From assembly GCA_030390025.1 (NCBI GenBank), contig CM059432.1, positions 151,778,001 to 151,842,000 of the forward strand: a stretch of DNA of 64,000 nt. The letters are read 5' to 3'. The DNA comes from Squalus acanthias (lineage: Eukaryota). The notes below the pieces were generated by a model. That model was given only the letters and a program-made list of their open reading frames with translations, did not search any database and was not told the origin of the DNA. Below, one piece after another: positions 13,381 through 25,139 of this stretch. How positions within the stretch are numbered: position 1 is the stretch's first letter; every line of letters starts with the position of its first letter. The translations under genes were made by a program, and so were the position numbers.

Positions 13381-13985
13381 GTATGGAGAAACTATTTCCT
13401 CTGGTGGGGAATCCAGAACAAGAAGGCATATCCTAAAATTAGAGCTTGGCCATTTAGGAGTGAAATCAAAAGACACTTTTTCACAGAGTAGTGGAAATCT
13501 GGGACATGCTTTCCCCAAAAGGCTGTGGATACTGAATCAGTTGAAATTTTCAAGACTGAGATTGATGGATTTTTGTTGGAGGAGGGTATCAAGGGATATG
13601 GGGCGACAACATTAACAACAACTTGCATTTATATAGCGACTTTAACATTGGAAATCATTCCAAGGTGCTTCACAGGAGGATAAACAGACAGAAATTGACA
13701 CCAAGCCAAGGAAGGAGCTATTAGAAGGGGTGACTAAAAGCTTTGCCAAAGTTGTAGGTTTTAAGGAAGGTCTTAAAGGAGGAAAGAGAGATGGAGAGGC
13801 AGAGGGGTTTAGGGAGAGAATTCCAGAGCTTAGTGCCAGCAATGGTCAGGTGAAAGGAGTGGGGGATGCACAAGAGGCCAGAGTTGGAGGAACGCAGAGT
13901 TCTTGGAGGGTTGTAGGGCTGGAGGAGATTACAGTGGAGTTGAGGTGTAGATCAACCATCTAATTGAATGGTGGAACAGAATTGA
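13381..13985. mobile_element. CR1 3' end (+) interrupted by an L2 tail (-, about 13610-13930)
   Basis: GESRTRRHILKL motif and CR1 3' UTR on either side of an aacaacttgcatttatatagc L2 tail. Confidence 0.75.
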
Positions 13986-14982
13986 GTCCCCAAGCAGAGA
14001 GTTCACTATCTGTGCTCAGACAAGCCATTGCAATTGAAGCCCTCTACTGTAGCTTATGAGCTGCCGGAGCAGCCTCAGTGCAGGTGGTCTGCACCAGCTC
14101 AATTTGTCTTGGGGTGTGATCCTGTTTCGGAAAATTTGATATTCGTTCCTTGGGGGATAATAAGTGATGTTCACCAGGATCAGTGATTCCCGAGGTCAGA
14201 ATCAACACCCAACCTCCCTTCATTCTACACTTTCACTTTCTGCTCATTTTGAGTTGAGCTCAAAACATGTATGGTCCCATCTTCCGCGGGATAGTCAAAC
14301 TCTGCAGAAAAGAATTCCAGTGCTTGGCTGGAATCCGTAGACTTAAGAATGATTTTATTAGTAAATTTCTTATCGAGCTGCTTCATTGCTGCGATACTTG
14401 TGCTATTAGGCAGGCAGCAATCTTTATTAAGGTTAACTCTACAGGTTCCTTCAATGGGAGTCCCCATCAGTTTACAGTGGAAGGGTCTATGTGGAATGTC
14501 AACTGTTGGGACCCAGTAGGGCAAGCATGACAATATTTTAAACTTAAGGTCAGGTAGTGTGCATTTCAACAGACAATACCACAGTAGCCCATTAAATGAG
14601 TGAAGAAGAAACTTTAGGGCCGATTCCAGACTACCATCAAGTGCATCACAGATGCACAGCAGGCATTTTTCTTCCTTGAAACTTAATGAGCGGATGATCA
14701 CAGGTTGTATTCTGATGATGCATTTCATGTGAGTGTGGAATCCATTCTACATTCTCTTGTGCTCTGTCAAGATGCAGCACAATTACAAATTGATGGCTAC
14801 TCATTAATTCTTTCTTTCAGTTCAGTATTTAGCTAAGTTGGCCATTGTAGTCACCTCATAATCCATTTATGCCAACGGAACCGGCACCCAGAGGGATATT
14901 CGAGTTATGGGGCTGCCAGAAATAGACCTCCAGCCATACTTTGGAACAATCATTCCCCCTTATTTCTGCTCCCAACTAGGGT
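13986..14982 (-). other. Candidate endogenous viral element: matrix-like region (incl. 167-aa ORF 14728..14225) followed by a signal-peptide-like ORF start
   Basis: No repeat similarity seen; long open frame; upstream frame KVWLEVYF...NIPLG; stop at 14225 followed at once by ATG (14223) MKGGWVLILT. Confidence 0.35.
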
Positions 14983-15930
14983 TAGAATCATAGAAATTTA
15001 CAGCACAGAAGGAGGCCATTAGACCCATCGTGTCTGTGCCAGCCAAAAAAGAGCCATCCAGCCTAATCCTACTTTCCCGCTCTTGGTCCATGGCCTTGTA
15101 GGTTACGGCACTTCAAGTGCATATCCAAGTAGTTTCTAAATGTGATGAGCGTTTCTGCCTCTACCACCTTTTCAGGCAGTGAGTACCAGACCCTCACCAC
15201 CGTCTGGGTGAAAAAAGTTCTCCTCAACTCCCCTCTAATCCTTCTGCCAGTTACTTTAAATCTATGCCCCTGGTTATTGACCTCTCTGCTAAGGGAAATA
15301 GGTCCTTCCTATCCACTCTATCTAGGCTCCTCATAATTTTATACACAATCAAGTCTCTTCTCAGCCTCCTCTGTTCCAAAGAAAACAATCCCAGCCTATC
15401 CAATCTTTTCTCATAGCTAAAATTCTCCAGTCCTGGCAACATCCTCTTAAATCTCCTCTGCACCCCTTCTAGTGAAATCACATCTTTCCTGTAATGTGGT
15501 GACCAGAACTGTACGCAGTACTCTAGCTGTGGCCTAACTAGTGTTTTATACAGTTCTAGCATAACCTCCCTGCTCTTGTATTCTATGCCTCAGCTATAAA
15601 GGAAAGTATCCCGTATGCCGCCTTAAACACCTACCTGTCCTGCTACCTTCAGGGATCTGTGGCAATGCATTCCAAGGTCGCTCTGTTCCTCTACACTTCT
15701 CAGTATCCTACCATTTATTGTGTATTCCCTTGCCTAGTTAGCCCTCCCCAAATGCATTACCTCACACGTCTCTGAATTGAATTCCATTTGTCACTTTTCC
15801 GCCCACCTGACCAGTCCATTGATATCTTCTGCAATCTACAGCTTTCTTCCTCACCATCAACCACACAGCCAATTTTTGTATCATCTGCAAACTTCTTAAT
15901 CATGCCCCCTACATTGAAGTCTAAATCATC
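14983..15930 (-). mobile_element. CR1 LINE 3' fragment
   Basis: KFADDTKIG, RPQLEYCVQFWSP, RRLRRDLI motifs; tail at 14983. Confidence 0.9.
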
Positions 15931-16799
15931 TGCTTGGAAGCTACATGGCATCTCTGATTTACCTGGATGTAGAAGTTTCTGTCCGCATTTCCATTCCCCA
16001 GATCATCATGATGCTGCAGAAGGCACAAGAGCATCAAGTGAAATTAATTCTGATCACTCTGTACCAGCCCCATCACTCATACTTGGAAGAGGGCATTGTT
16101 ATCTTTAGTTTCAGTCTGCAGGTTATTGAGTTGCTTGCTAAGGTGGTTTCTGTTCCGTGTGTTTAAGGAGATCGTTGTACTCTCTCTTTATCTGCTTACC
16201 TATTGATTGGATGGAATCACTGTGTAGCTGCACAGAGAGTGTTTCATTTTTATGTTCACCAAGCTCAGAACTTTAGGAACTCACGAGTTATTTGTTGTCG
16301 TATAATGAGAAGACCTTAGGTAATTCATACCAAGCAGTGTATTGTGCAATGACCCTGGAATGTATGCTAAATGGTTGTCATTTAGCCAGAAAATGTCCTG
16401 AATTGGACTGCTGGGGTAACTCTGCTCATTCTATAGCTGCTTCCTGAGCTTTTCTCAGTCAGGTTACTATTGACCATCTGTAAGACAGCTGTATAGAGTG
16501 CCTCTCATATGTTAGTAGGCATTACTGTTCAAATTTGGCAAGGTTATTAGCAGATCTACATTGACGGCCAGAATTAGCTAGGGACTCCACTCTTAAATTG
16601 GTACTACTTTGGCATGGCTCCTACAATGCATTAAAGATGTAGAATGAAGAGGAAACTTGCACAGCCTTCTTGAAATTATTGCATCTTTCATACAAAACTG
16701 AGTCTTTATTTTTTTTAAAAAGACAACCCAAAATATTTTGTCCTAGGGTTGTGACTTCTAACTTGAAAAGCAAGGTGTACAGTAAATCAGCATTCACTG

Positions 16800-17780
16800 C
16801 ACGAGCCAGGAACTCCTATAGGTCTCCTATTCTCTGGGAAAAGAAGAACCACCCAACATCTAAGCTATTTCTGCCTTTGTGTAATTTATAAGCGTGATTC
16901 CTGGTTCTGCCCAATCTATCTAATGGAAATAATTTGTCAATGTGAACACAATCTAGCCCCTTCATTATTTTATAGCCATCAATCAAATCGCCCCCGAGTC
17001 TCTGCTTCACTTTGCTAAAGTATGTAGACCCAGCTTTTTAAGCCTATCTGGGTAGCTAAGGTGTTTTAAACCGGGAATGAATCTTGCGGATCTCCTCTGA
17101 ACCTTTTCCAAATGCCTCATGTCACCCACCATATAAGGGGACCAAAACTGGACACAGTATTCTTGTACAAGGACAAAATGGTACCTTTTATTTCGATTAA
17201 ATAGTCCTGTAAATGTAGCCCAGTACCCTGTTTTCTTTTGCTGAAGCTTCACAGCATAGATTATGAACCTTTAGAGGGTTATGAACAATGCTATCACAAT
17301 CTTTTTCTTTCATCACAGGTTTCAGTTCTGTTCACCATAAAGTGTATGTATATTTAACGTTGGTCCTGCCCACTTACCTAACACTGTACTTGTCAAAGTT
17401 AAATACCATTTGCCAAATGCAGGCCCATTCCCCAACACATTGAGATCTGCTTGCAGTAGTTTAGTCTCCGCTATAGTCCTACATTTTCATAAATCTTAGT
17501 ATCATCTGCAAACTTGAGGATCATTCTCCAAACACCAACGTCTAGGTCATTAATAAAGATAGTAAAAAGCAAAGGCCCTACGACCGATCTCTCCAGGACA
17601 TCACTGGTAACTAGTCTCTAAGCCATTGATAAAAACTTTCTGACTACAGACATGCAGCCAATTCTTGATCCACTGTAGCAGCTTCCTACTAATTCCATCA
17701 GATTCTATCTTGTAGAGCAACCTATTGTGAAGTACCTTACCAAAGGCTTTCTGAAAACCCAGGTAGTCAAGGTCTGCCGC
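16800..17780 (-). mobile_element. Old degenerate CR1 RT fragment
   Basis: FQKAFGKVLHNRLL, EYCVQFWSP, RLGGDLI motifs. Confidence 0.8.
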
Positions 17781-17924
17781 CTCATTTAAAAAAAATTCAT
17801 TCTTGGGATATGGGTGCCGCTGCCGAGGTTGCAATTTATTGCTCATCTCTAGTTGCCCTAAGTGGTTATGGGCCTTCTTAAACTACTGCAGTCGTAATTC
17901 TTTGTAGTGATGAGATGATAAGAT

Positions 17925-18200
17925 AAATGACCAGATAGTATGTTGTGCTAGTGTTGTTTGAGAGATGAATGTTAGGAAAACTTCCTTGTTCTTTTTTTGA
18001 ATAGTGCCTTGGGATCTTTTACATCCACCTGAACAGGCAGAGAGGGCCTTGGTTTAATGTCACATACAGAAAATAGCACCTTCGACGATAACACTCCCTC
18101 AGTACTGCACTAAAGTGTCAGCCTAGATTATTTGCTGAAGTCCAGCAGTGGGAATCTGTAACCTTCTGAATCAGAAGTGAGAAAGCTACAGCTAAACCAA
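17925..18200 (-). mobile_element. Deu-domain SINE (SacSINE1/AmnSINE1-like)
   Basis: gggatcttttacatccacctga...ccctcagtactgcact...gtgtcagcctagatt is the recognisable reverse complement of the Deu domain. Confidence 0.7.
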
Positions 18201-20225
18201 ACAGCACATCATCTACTTGATTTGAGTAGCACAACAGGAGATGTGCTTGTATATTTTGTGGCTACTGTAGAGCATTGATTATGGTCCTTGACAAGAAACC
18301 CGAAAATTGTGAATTCAAATCCCCCTGTGGCTCACTGTGAAATTGATTTCATTTTATTTGGTAATTTACGGAAAAAGGCATCAGGAAAGGGAACTTGGCA
18401 CCATAACCTGATCTGCCCTGCATATGACTCCAGTCCCACAATATGTGGTTGATTCTTTTTGCTCTCTGAAGTGACCTAGCAAGCCACTCTATTGTTAACA
18501 ATCGTTACAGAGCACAACCATAAGGGAAATATCAGTCAACATCTCGGAGTCCCCCAGCACCATCCTGAATATATCTGACGCACTGGAAGGATAGATCCGC
18601 CACATGTGGGCATAGCTTTCAGTTTCCTCAACACTGGCATCTACCTGACAATGTGGAAAATTACCCAAGCATGTCCTATTCACACAAAACAAGATAAATT
18701 TAACCCAGCTGAACACTGCCAATTAGCCTTCTCCCGATCACTAGCAAAGTGATGGAAGGAGTCATTGAAAGTGCTATCAAGCGGGACCTATTAACCAGTA
18801 ACCTGCTCTCTGACACTCAGTTTGGGTTCTGCCAAAACCACTTGCCTCCAGATATTGTTCCAGCCTTCATCCAGGTACTGACACAAGCTGTATGCCAGGG
18901 GAGAGGTGAGATTAGTCGCCCAAGACATGAAGGCAACATTCAACTGAGTATGGTACCCATGATTCCTAGTAAAACTGAGGTCAGTGGGTGTCAAAGAGAA
19001 AATCTTTGAGTAGCTGGAGTCATAGATGACACAATGATTGAGGTTGTTACAGTCCCAGGCCATTGATGTTGGAGTTCCTCTGGAAAGTGTCCTTGGCCAA
19101 CCATCTTCAGTGATTGCATCCATGTCTTTCCGTCCATCATTAGGTCAGGAGTAGGTTTGATGATTTTACAGCATTCAGCTCATCCGATAATGTCGCAGCA
19201 CATACCAGTCTACAGCAGGACCTAGATGTCATTCAGGATTGAGCTAACAAAATTTGGCAACATTCATGCCACATAAAAGGCAGTTAATGGCCACCACCAA
19301 AAAGACATGCTTAAATCACTTCCCCCAACCTTCAACTCTGAGTCCCCCACCACTATCTTGACGGTTACCATTCATCAGTAGGTAAACTGGGCCAACTATA
19401 TCAATAATATGGCTATTGGAGCAGAGCAGAGGTACTCGCCTCCTGACCCCTCAAAGCCAGTCCACCATGTACAATGCTCAAGTCTGAGGAAAAATCACAT
19501 AAGAAATAGGAGCAGGAGTAGACAATACATGCCCTCAAGCCTGCTCCGCCATTCAGTAAAATCGTGGCTGATCTTCTACCTCAATTCCAGTTTCCTGCCC
19601 AAACCCCATATCCCTTGATTGCCTTTGACTCCAAAAAACTATCGATCTCAACCTTGATTATACTCTAAGACTGAGCATCCACACCCCTCTCTGGTAGAGA
19701 ATTCCAAAGATTCACAACCCTCTGAGTGAAGAAATTTCTCCTCATCTCAGTCCTAAATGGCCGACCCCTAATCATGAGACCTGTGCCCCCTAGTTCTAGA
19801 CTCTCCAGCCAGGGGAAACAACCTCACAGAATCTACCCTGTCAAGCCCTCTCAGAATCTTGTATGTTTCAATGAGATCACCTCTCGTAATTCGAAACTTG
19901 AGAGAGCATAGGCCCATTCTGTTTAGTCTCTCCTCAGAGAACAACCCTCTCATCCCAGGAATCAATCCAGTGAACCTTCGTTGCACTCCCTCAAAGGCCA
20001 GTGTATCATTCGTTAGATTGAGAGACCAAAGGTATACACAGTACTTCAGGTGTGGTCTCGCCAAAGTCCTGTACAATTGCAGCAAGACTTCATTACTCTT
20101 GTACTCCCCACCCCCTTGGAATAAAGGCCAACATACCATTTGCCATCCTAATTGCTTGCTGTACCTGCATGTTAACTTTCTGTGTTTCATGTACAAGGAC
20201 ACCCAAATCCCTCTGAACACCAACA

Positions 20226-20850
20226 TTTTTTTTTTTATTCGTTCCTGGGATGTGGGCCTCGCTGGCAAGGCCAGCATTTATTGCCCATCCCTAATTGCCC
20301 TTGGAAACGTGGTGGTGAGCCACTGCCTTAAACCGCTGCAATCCTTGTGGTGAAGGTACTCCCACAGTGTTGTTAGGGAGAGAGTTCCAGGATTTTGACC
20401 CAGCGACGATGAAGGTCCAGCGATATATTTGCAAGTCAGGATGGTGTGTAACTTGGAGGGGATGGTGTTCCCATGCGCCTGCTGCCCTTGTCCATCTAGG
20501 TGGCTGAGGTCTCGGGTTTGGGAGGTGCTGCCGAAGAAGCCTTGGCGAGTTGCTGCAGTGCATTTTGTAGATGGTACACACTGCAGCCACAGTGCGGCGG
20601 TGTTGAAGGAAGTGAATGTTTAAGGTGGTGGATGGAGTGCCAATTAAGCGGGCTGCTTTGTCCTGGATGGTGTCGAGCTTCTTGAGTGTTATTGGAGCTG
20701 CATTCATCCAGGCAGGTGGAGAGTATTCCATCACACTCCTGACTTGTGCCTTGTAGATGGTGGAAAGGCTTTGGGGAGTCAGATGGTGAGACACTCGCTG
20801 CAGAATACCTAGCCTCTGACCTGCTCTTGTAGCCACAGTATTTATGTAGT
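20226..20850 (-). mobile_element. Second-family LINE 3' fragment nested in the CR1
   Basis: ORF 20291..20836 ATRAGQRLGILQR...MEYSPPAW; A-rich tail; host CR1 resumes at atttaatag. Confidence 0.85.
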
Positions 20851-21411
20851 AAGTATTTAATAGTTTCTCACCATTTAAAAAAATATTCTGTTTTTCCTAC
20901 CAAAGTGAATAACCTCACATTTCCTCACATTATACTCCATCTGCCACCTTCTTGCCCAATCACTTAACCTGTCTATATCCCTTTGCAGACATTTTGTGTC
21001 CTTCTCACAGCTTACTTTCCTACCTACCTTTGTATTGTCAGCAAACGTGGATACATTACACACAGTCCGTTCATCTAGATCATTAATATAGATTGTAAAT
21101 AGCTGAGGCTCCAGCACTGATCCTTGCGGCACCCCACTAGTAACAGCCTGCCAACCTGAAAATGACCCGTTTATTCCTACTCTCTGTTTTCTGTCCATTA
21201 ACCAATTACCCCCAACCCCATGAACCCTTATCTTGTGCAACAATCTTTTGCATGGCACCTTATCAAATGCCTTTTGAAAATCCAAATATACTACATCCAC
21301 TGGTTCCCCTTTTTCTACCCTGTTAGTTACATCCTCAAAAAAACTCTTAATAGATTTGTCAAAGACTATTTCCCCTTCATAAAACCATGTTGGCTCTGCC
21401 TAATCATATTA

Positions 21412-21628
21412 TGAGAAGTCGCACAACACCAGGTTATAGTCCAACAGCTTTATTTGAAATCACAAGCTTTCGGAGCGCTACTCCTTCGTCAGGTGAAGTG
21501 ACTTCACCTGACGAAGGAGTAGCGCTCCGAAAGCTTGTGATTTCAAATAAAGCTGTTGGACTATAACCTGGTGTTGTGCGACTTCTCACTTTTGTCCACC
21601 CCAGTCCAACACCGGCATCTCCACATCA
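21412..21628. mobile_element. Penelope-like inverted terminal-repeat insertion (perfect palindrome 21412-21588) with hammerhead motif on both strands
   Basis: 88-bp arms around a single G at 21500; flanking duplication TAATCATATTATGA (21401-21414 / 21629-21642). Confidence 0.85.
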
Positions 21629-22579
21629 TAATCATATTATGATTTTCTAAGTGCCCTGTTGGCACTTCCTTCATAATGGATTCCAGCATTTTCTAACGAC
21701 TGATGTCAGGCTAACTGGCCTGTAGTCCCCCTTTTTCCTCTCTCCCTCCTTTCTTGAATAGCGGTGTTACATTTGCTAGCTTCCAATCTAGGGAATTTTG
21801 GAAGATCACAACCAATGCATCCACAATCTCTGCAGCCGCTTCTTTTAGAACCCTACGATGTTGGCAATTAGGTCATGGGAATTTGTCGGCTTTTAGTCCC
21901 ATAATTTCTCCAGTACTTTTTCTTTACTAATATTAATAACTTTATGTTCTTCAATCCAATTTGACCCTTGGTTCCCCACTATTTCTGGAATGTTTTTTGT
22001 GTCTTCTACTGTGAAGACAGATACAAAATATTTGTTTAAAGTCTCTGCCATTTCCTTATTCCCCATTATAATTTCTCCTGTCTTGGCCTCTAAGGGACCA
22101 AGGCTTACTTTTGCTACTTTCTTCCTTTTTACATACTTGTAGAAGCTCTTTCAATCTGTTTTTATATTCCTTGCTAGTTTACTCTCCTATTCTATTTTCT
22201 CCCTCTTTATCAATTTCTTGGTAATCCTTTGCTGGTATCTAAAACTCTCCCAATCCTCAGACTTACAACTCTTCTTTTTATCTAATCCTATCCTTAACCT
22301 CTTTAGTGAGACACAGATGGATCACTTTTCTTGTGGAGTTTGTATTTCTCAATGGAATGTATATTCATTGAGAATTATGATGGAATACTCATCGCCCTTC
22401 TGGATGTGTGCAGCTGTAACAGTGTTCAATTTCAACATTTTAGCAGGACAGAGCAATCCACATGATTGGTGCCTCTGCCACTCGGCTCACTATCAACCCC
22501 TCCCTCCACCTGTGCACTGCGGCTGCAGCAACTATCCAGTGATACTTCAGTGGCACCTGTTAGCCTTGCAGCCTGTACC

Positions 22580-23295
22580 AATGAGAAGTAAGCTTCGCAC
22601 AAAGATCTTGCGATCTCTGTGTTGAGAAGTTTGGGTTTTCCGACGTGTAATTCAATTCAGTGGAGTATAGTGGGGATCCCCTCGTGCGAGCTGCTGTGAC
22701 ATCAACAAGCTGTCTAAGCAGCCAATCAAAATGCAGAATTCTCACAGACAATGAACAAGGAAGTGAGTAGGCTCCTAAAATTCTAACATTTAAAAAATGT
22801 TAGAGAGAGCAAAACAAAGATTGGGGCTCTCACTTGGGGAAAAGTCAAACCTGAAATAAAGATGCACAAACTTTGTAATTAAGTTTCTTAAAAATTTTAG
22901 TTTTTATTAAGATGGATAAATTTGACATTGCATAAAATTAAAGTTAGTTTTTCAGGCCCATAACCGTTGTTTAGCAGCCAATACGCTGTTTAAAACCCCA
23001 GTTACACTTCACCCGTTTGGGGAATTTAACAGCGTAATTTCTGCGGAAGAGCCGAAGTTTTCGTCGGTTTCCCTGATTTGAGTGATTTCATTGATTGCCG
23101 GCTCTGTGGGTGGGTGGGGTGGGGTGGGCGGGGCACAGCACAGCCTGTGGCGGAGCAGTGAATGACAGACCGCAACTTTAGGATTTCCGTATGCGGCTGC
23201 GTATTTGCCAAATCCTGAAGTTGTGGTCAGTTTCAAAGGCGGAATAACTGTGAACGCTGCCAGTTCGCCATCATTTGAACCGCAAATTCCAGGCC
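22580..23295 (-). mobile_element. Harbinger-type MITE, one end lost
   Basis: Ends GCAAATTCCAGGCC; inverted homolog of 23926-24592. Confidence 0.65.
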
Positions 23296-23459
23296 AAAGT
23301 ATCGCAACAAATCACTTACCCTAATTATTATAATACATTCTGTATTTCATGATGTAATACTCCAGTAATTATGAAACAGTGTGTCATCTGATTTAACGCG
23401 AATAACACGCGTGGAGATTCACCTGCGTTTATATAAAAGTGTGTGTGGGTGTGCCTCCA

Positions 23460-24900
23460 TGCTGTCAGATTGACTCTTCGAAATCAAGACTTGGATGAGT
23501 CAAATGTCCCCGAGTTCAACATGGGAAAGATTGAAACAATCATCTTTGGTCCCCTGCGCAAACTCTGTTCTCCTGCTACTGATTCCACCCCCTATCCTGG
23601 CCTTGGTCTCGGGCTCAATCAGACAGTTGGTAAACTTGGTGTCCTATTTGACCCTGAGCTGCGCTTTAAACCCCACATACCAAGACTGATCGCTTCTCCG
23701 ATATTGCCCGCCTCTGCCACTGAAAACATGCTATGTGTCTTTCTCACTTTCAGACTCGATTGCTCCACAACTCTTTGCTGGCTTTCCATCTTGAACCCTC
23801 CATAAACTCCAACTTGGCCAAAACATTACTGCATCTTTCCTGTCCCACACTAAGTCCCACTTGCCCATCATTCCTATTCACACTGATCAACATTGGCTCC
23901 CAGTTTCCCAATGCATTAATTTAATGGTCCGGATTGTTCACTGTTATGACCCCTTTGAAACTGACCGCAACTTCAGGATTTAGTACATGCACATCTGTGC
24001 ATTCAGGGAAATCAGTGAAAGTGCCGAAAACGTTGGCTCTTCCGCAGTAATATCGCTGTTAAATACCCCATTAAAAGTTAGACCCTTTTGGATTTGGTGT
24101 AATTAGACTTTTAACAGCATATTGACTGCTAAGCAAAAGTTATGCCCCTGAAAAACTAATTTTAATTTTGTGGAATGTCAAATTTATCCATTTTAATAAA
24201 AATTATAATTTTGAAGGAACTTTAAAAAAAAAAATTTAAGTTTGTTCCTCTCTATTTCAGATTAACCTATTTCCTATGTGAGAGCCCCAATCTTTGTTTT
24301 GCTCTCTATCACATTTTTAAAAAGTTAGAATAAAAGGAGCTTATTCACTTCTTGGTTCCCAGATTGTGAGAATTCTACATTGTGATTGGCTGTTTAGACA
24401 GCTTGTTAATGTCACACACAGCAGCTCACGCTATGAATTCCCCATTAACTTGCACTGCTTTCAACTGAACGTCGGAAAAGCCGAACTTCTCGCCAGAGAG
24501 CGCAAGATCTTTGTGGGAAGCTTATGTGGGAAGCTTTCTTCGGGGCCAGTGGCAAATGCCTTTGCTTCGCCACTGACCACAAATTACAGGCCAAAATCTT
24601 TATCCTTCTCTTCAAATCCTTTCATGTCCTATTTCTGTAAGCTCTTACAATCCTATATCCCTTTCCCAACACTTAGTTCCTCTGACTCCAGCCCCCCCTT
24701 CCTTAACTTCTTTCCGAAACCTTTGCACTTCTCGCTCCACCATTTTTTAAATAACTTCTGAATACTAATCACTTCAACTGAATTTTCGGTCATTATTTGT
24801 CATTTCACTCTTCCTGGTTTGACGGCTCTTTCCTTACATCTATTTGTGAAATGCATTAGCACATTATTTTACATTAAAGGCACAATATAAAAGCAAATTT
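23460..24900 (+). mobile_element. Old L2 LINE 3' fragment interrupted by a MITE
   Basis: NMGKIETIIFG...LGVLFDPELRFKPHI; resumes after 24592. Confidence 0.75.
23926..24592 (+). mobile_element. Harbinger-type MITE
   Basis: GGTCC...CAAATTACAGGCC ends; clean insertion into L2 sequence. Confidence 0.7.
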
Positions 24901-25139
24901 TTAAATTTGTCCCACTTGAGACTTCTCACTCCAAATGCCGCACTCAATTACAGATGCAAAATAATGTTTAAGAAAGGAGATGGAAAGCCAGGTATTTAAA
25001 GCTGGGTACTCCTGAATTGCAGCCTGAAACTGATGACATTTTCCGATCAGCTCACCTCCAGTACCACCAGACCTGGCTGGGACTCCCTTCCCAGTGCCAC
25101 CAGACCCTGGTGCCACAACCTCAGTTTTGACAAGCATTC

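Larger units (their letters stand above)
19497..22370 (-). mobile_element. CR1 LINE (ORF2), itself carrying two nested insertions
   Basis: DVVYLDFQKAFDKV, GVPQGSVL, FADNTK, RPHLKYC motifs; tail at 19497. Confidence 0.9.
18500..22560 (+). mobile_element. Old CR1/L2-group LINE (second family), split by a nested CR1 at 19497-22370
   Basis: MEGVIESAIK...QFGFCQNH upstream; resumes at about 22375 with MEYSSPFWM, collinear with the younger copy at 29170-30237. Confidence 0.7.

Noticed and set aside
14686..14900. Specific filovirus VP40 or paramyxovirus M assignment (PLG...DHPL)
   Set aside because: Motifs lie in different frames with spacing that does not fit; too weak to name a family.
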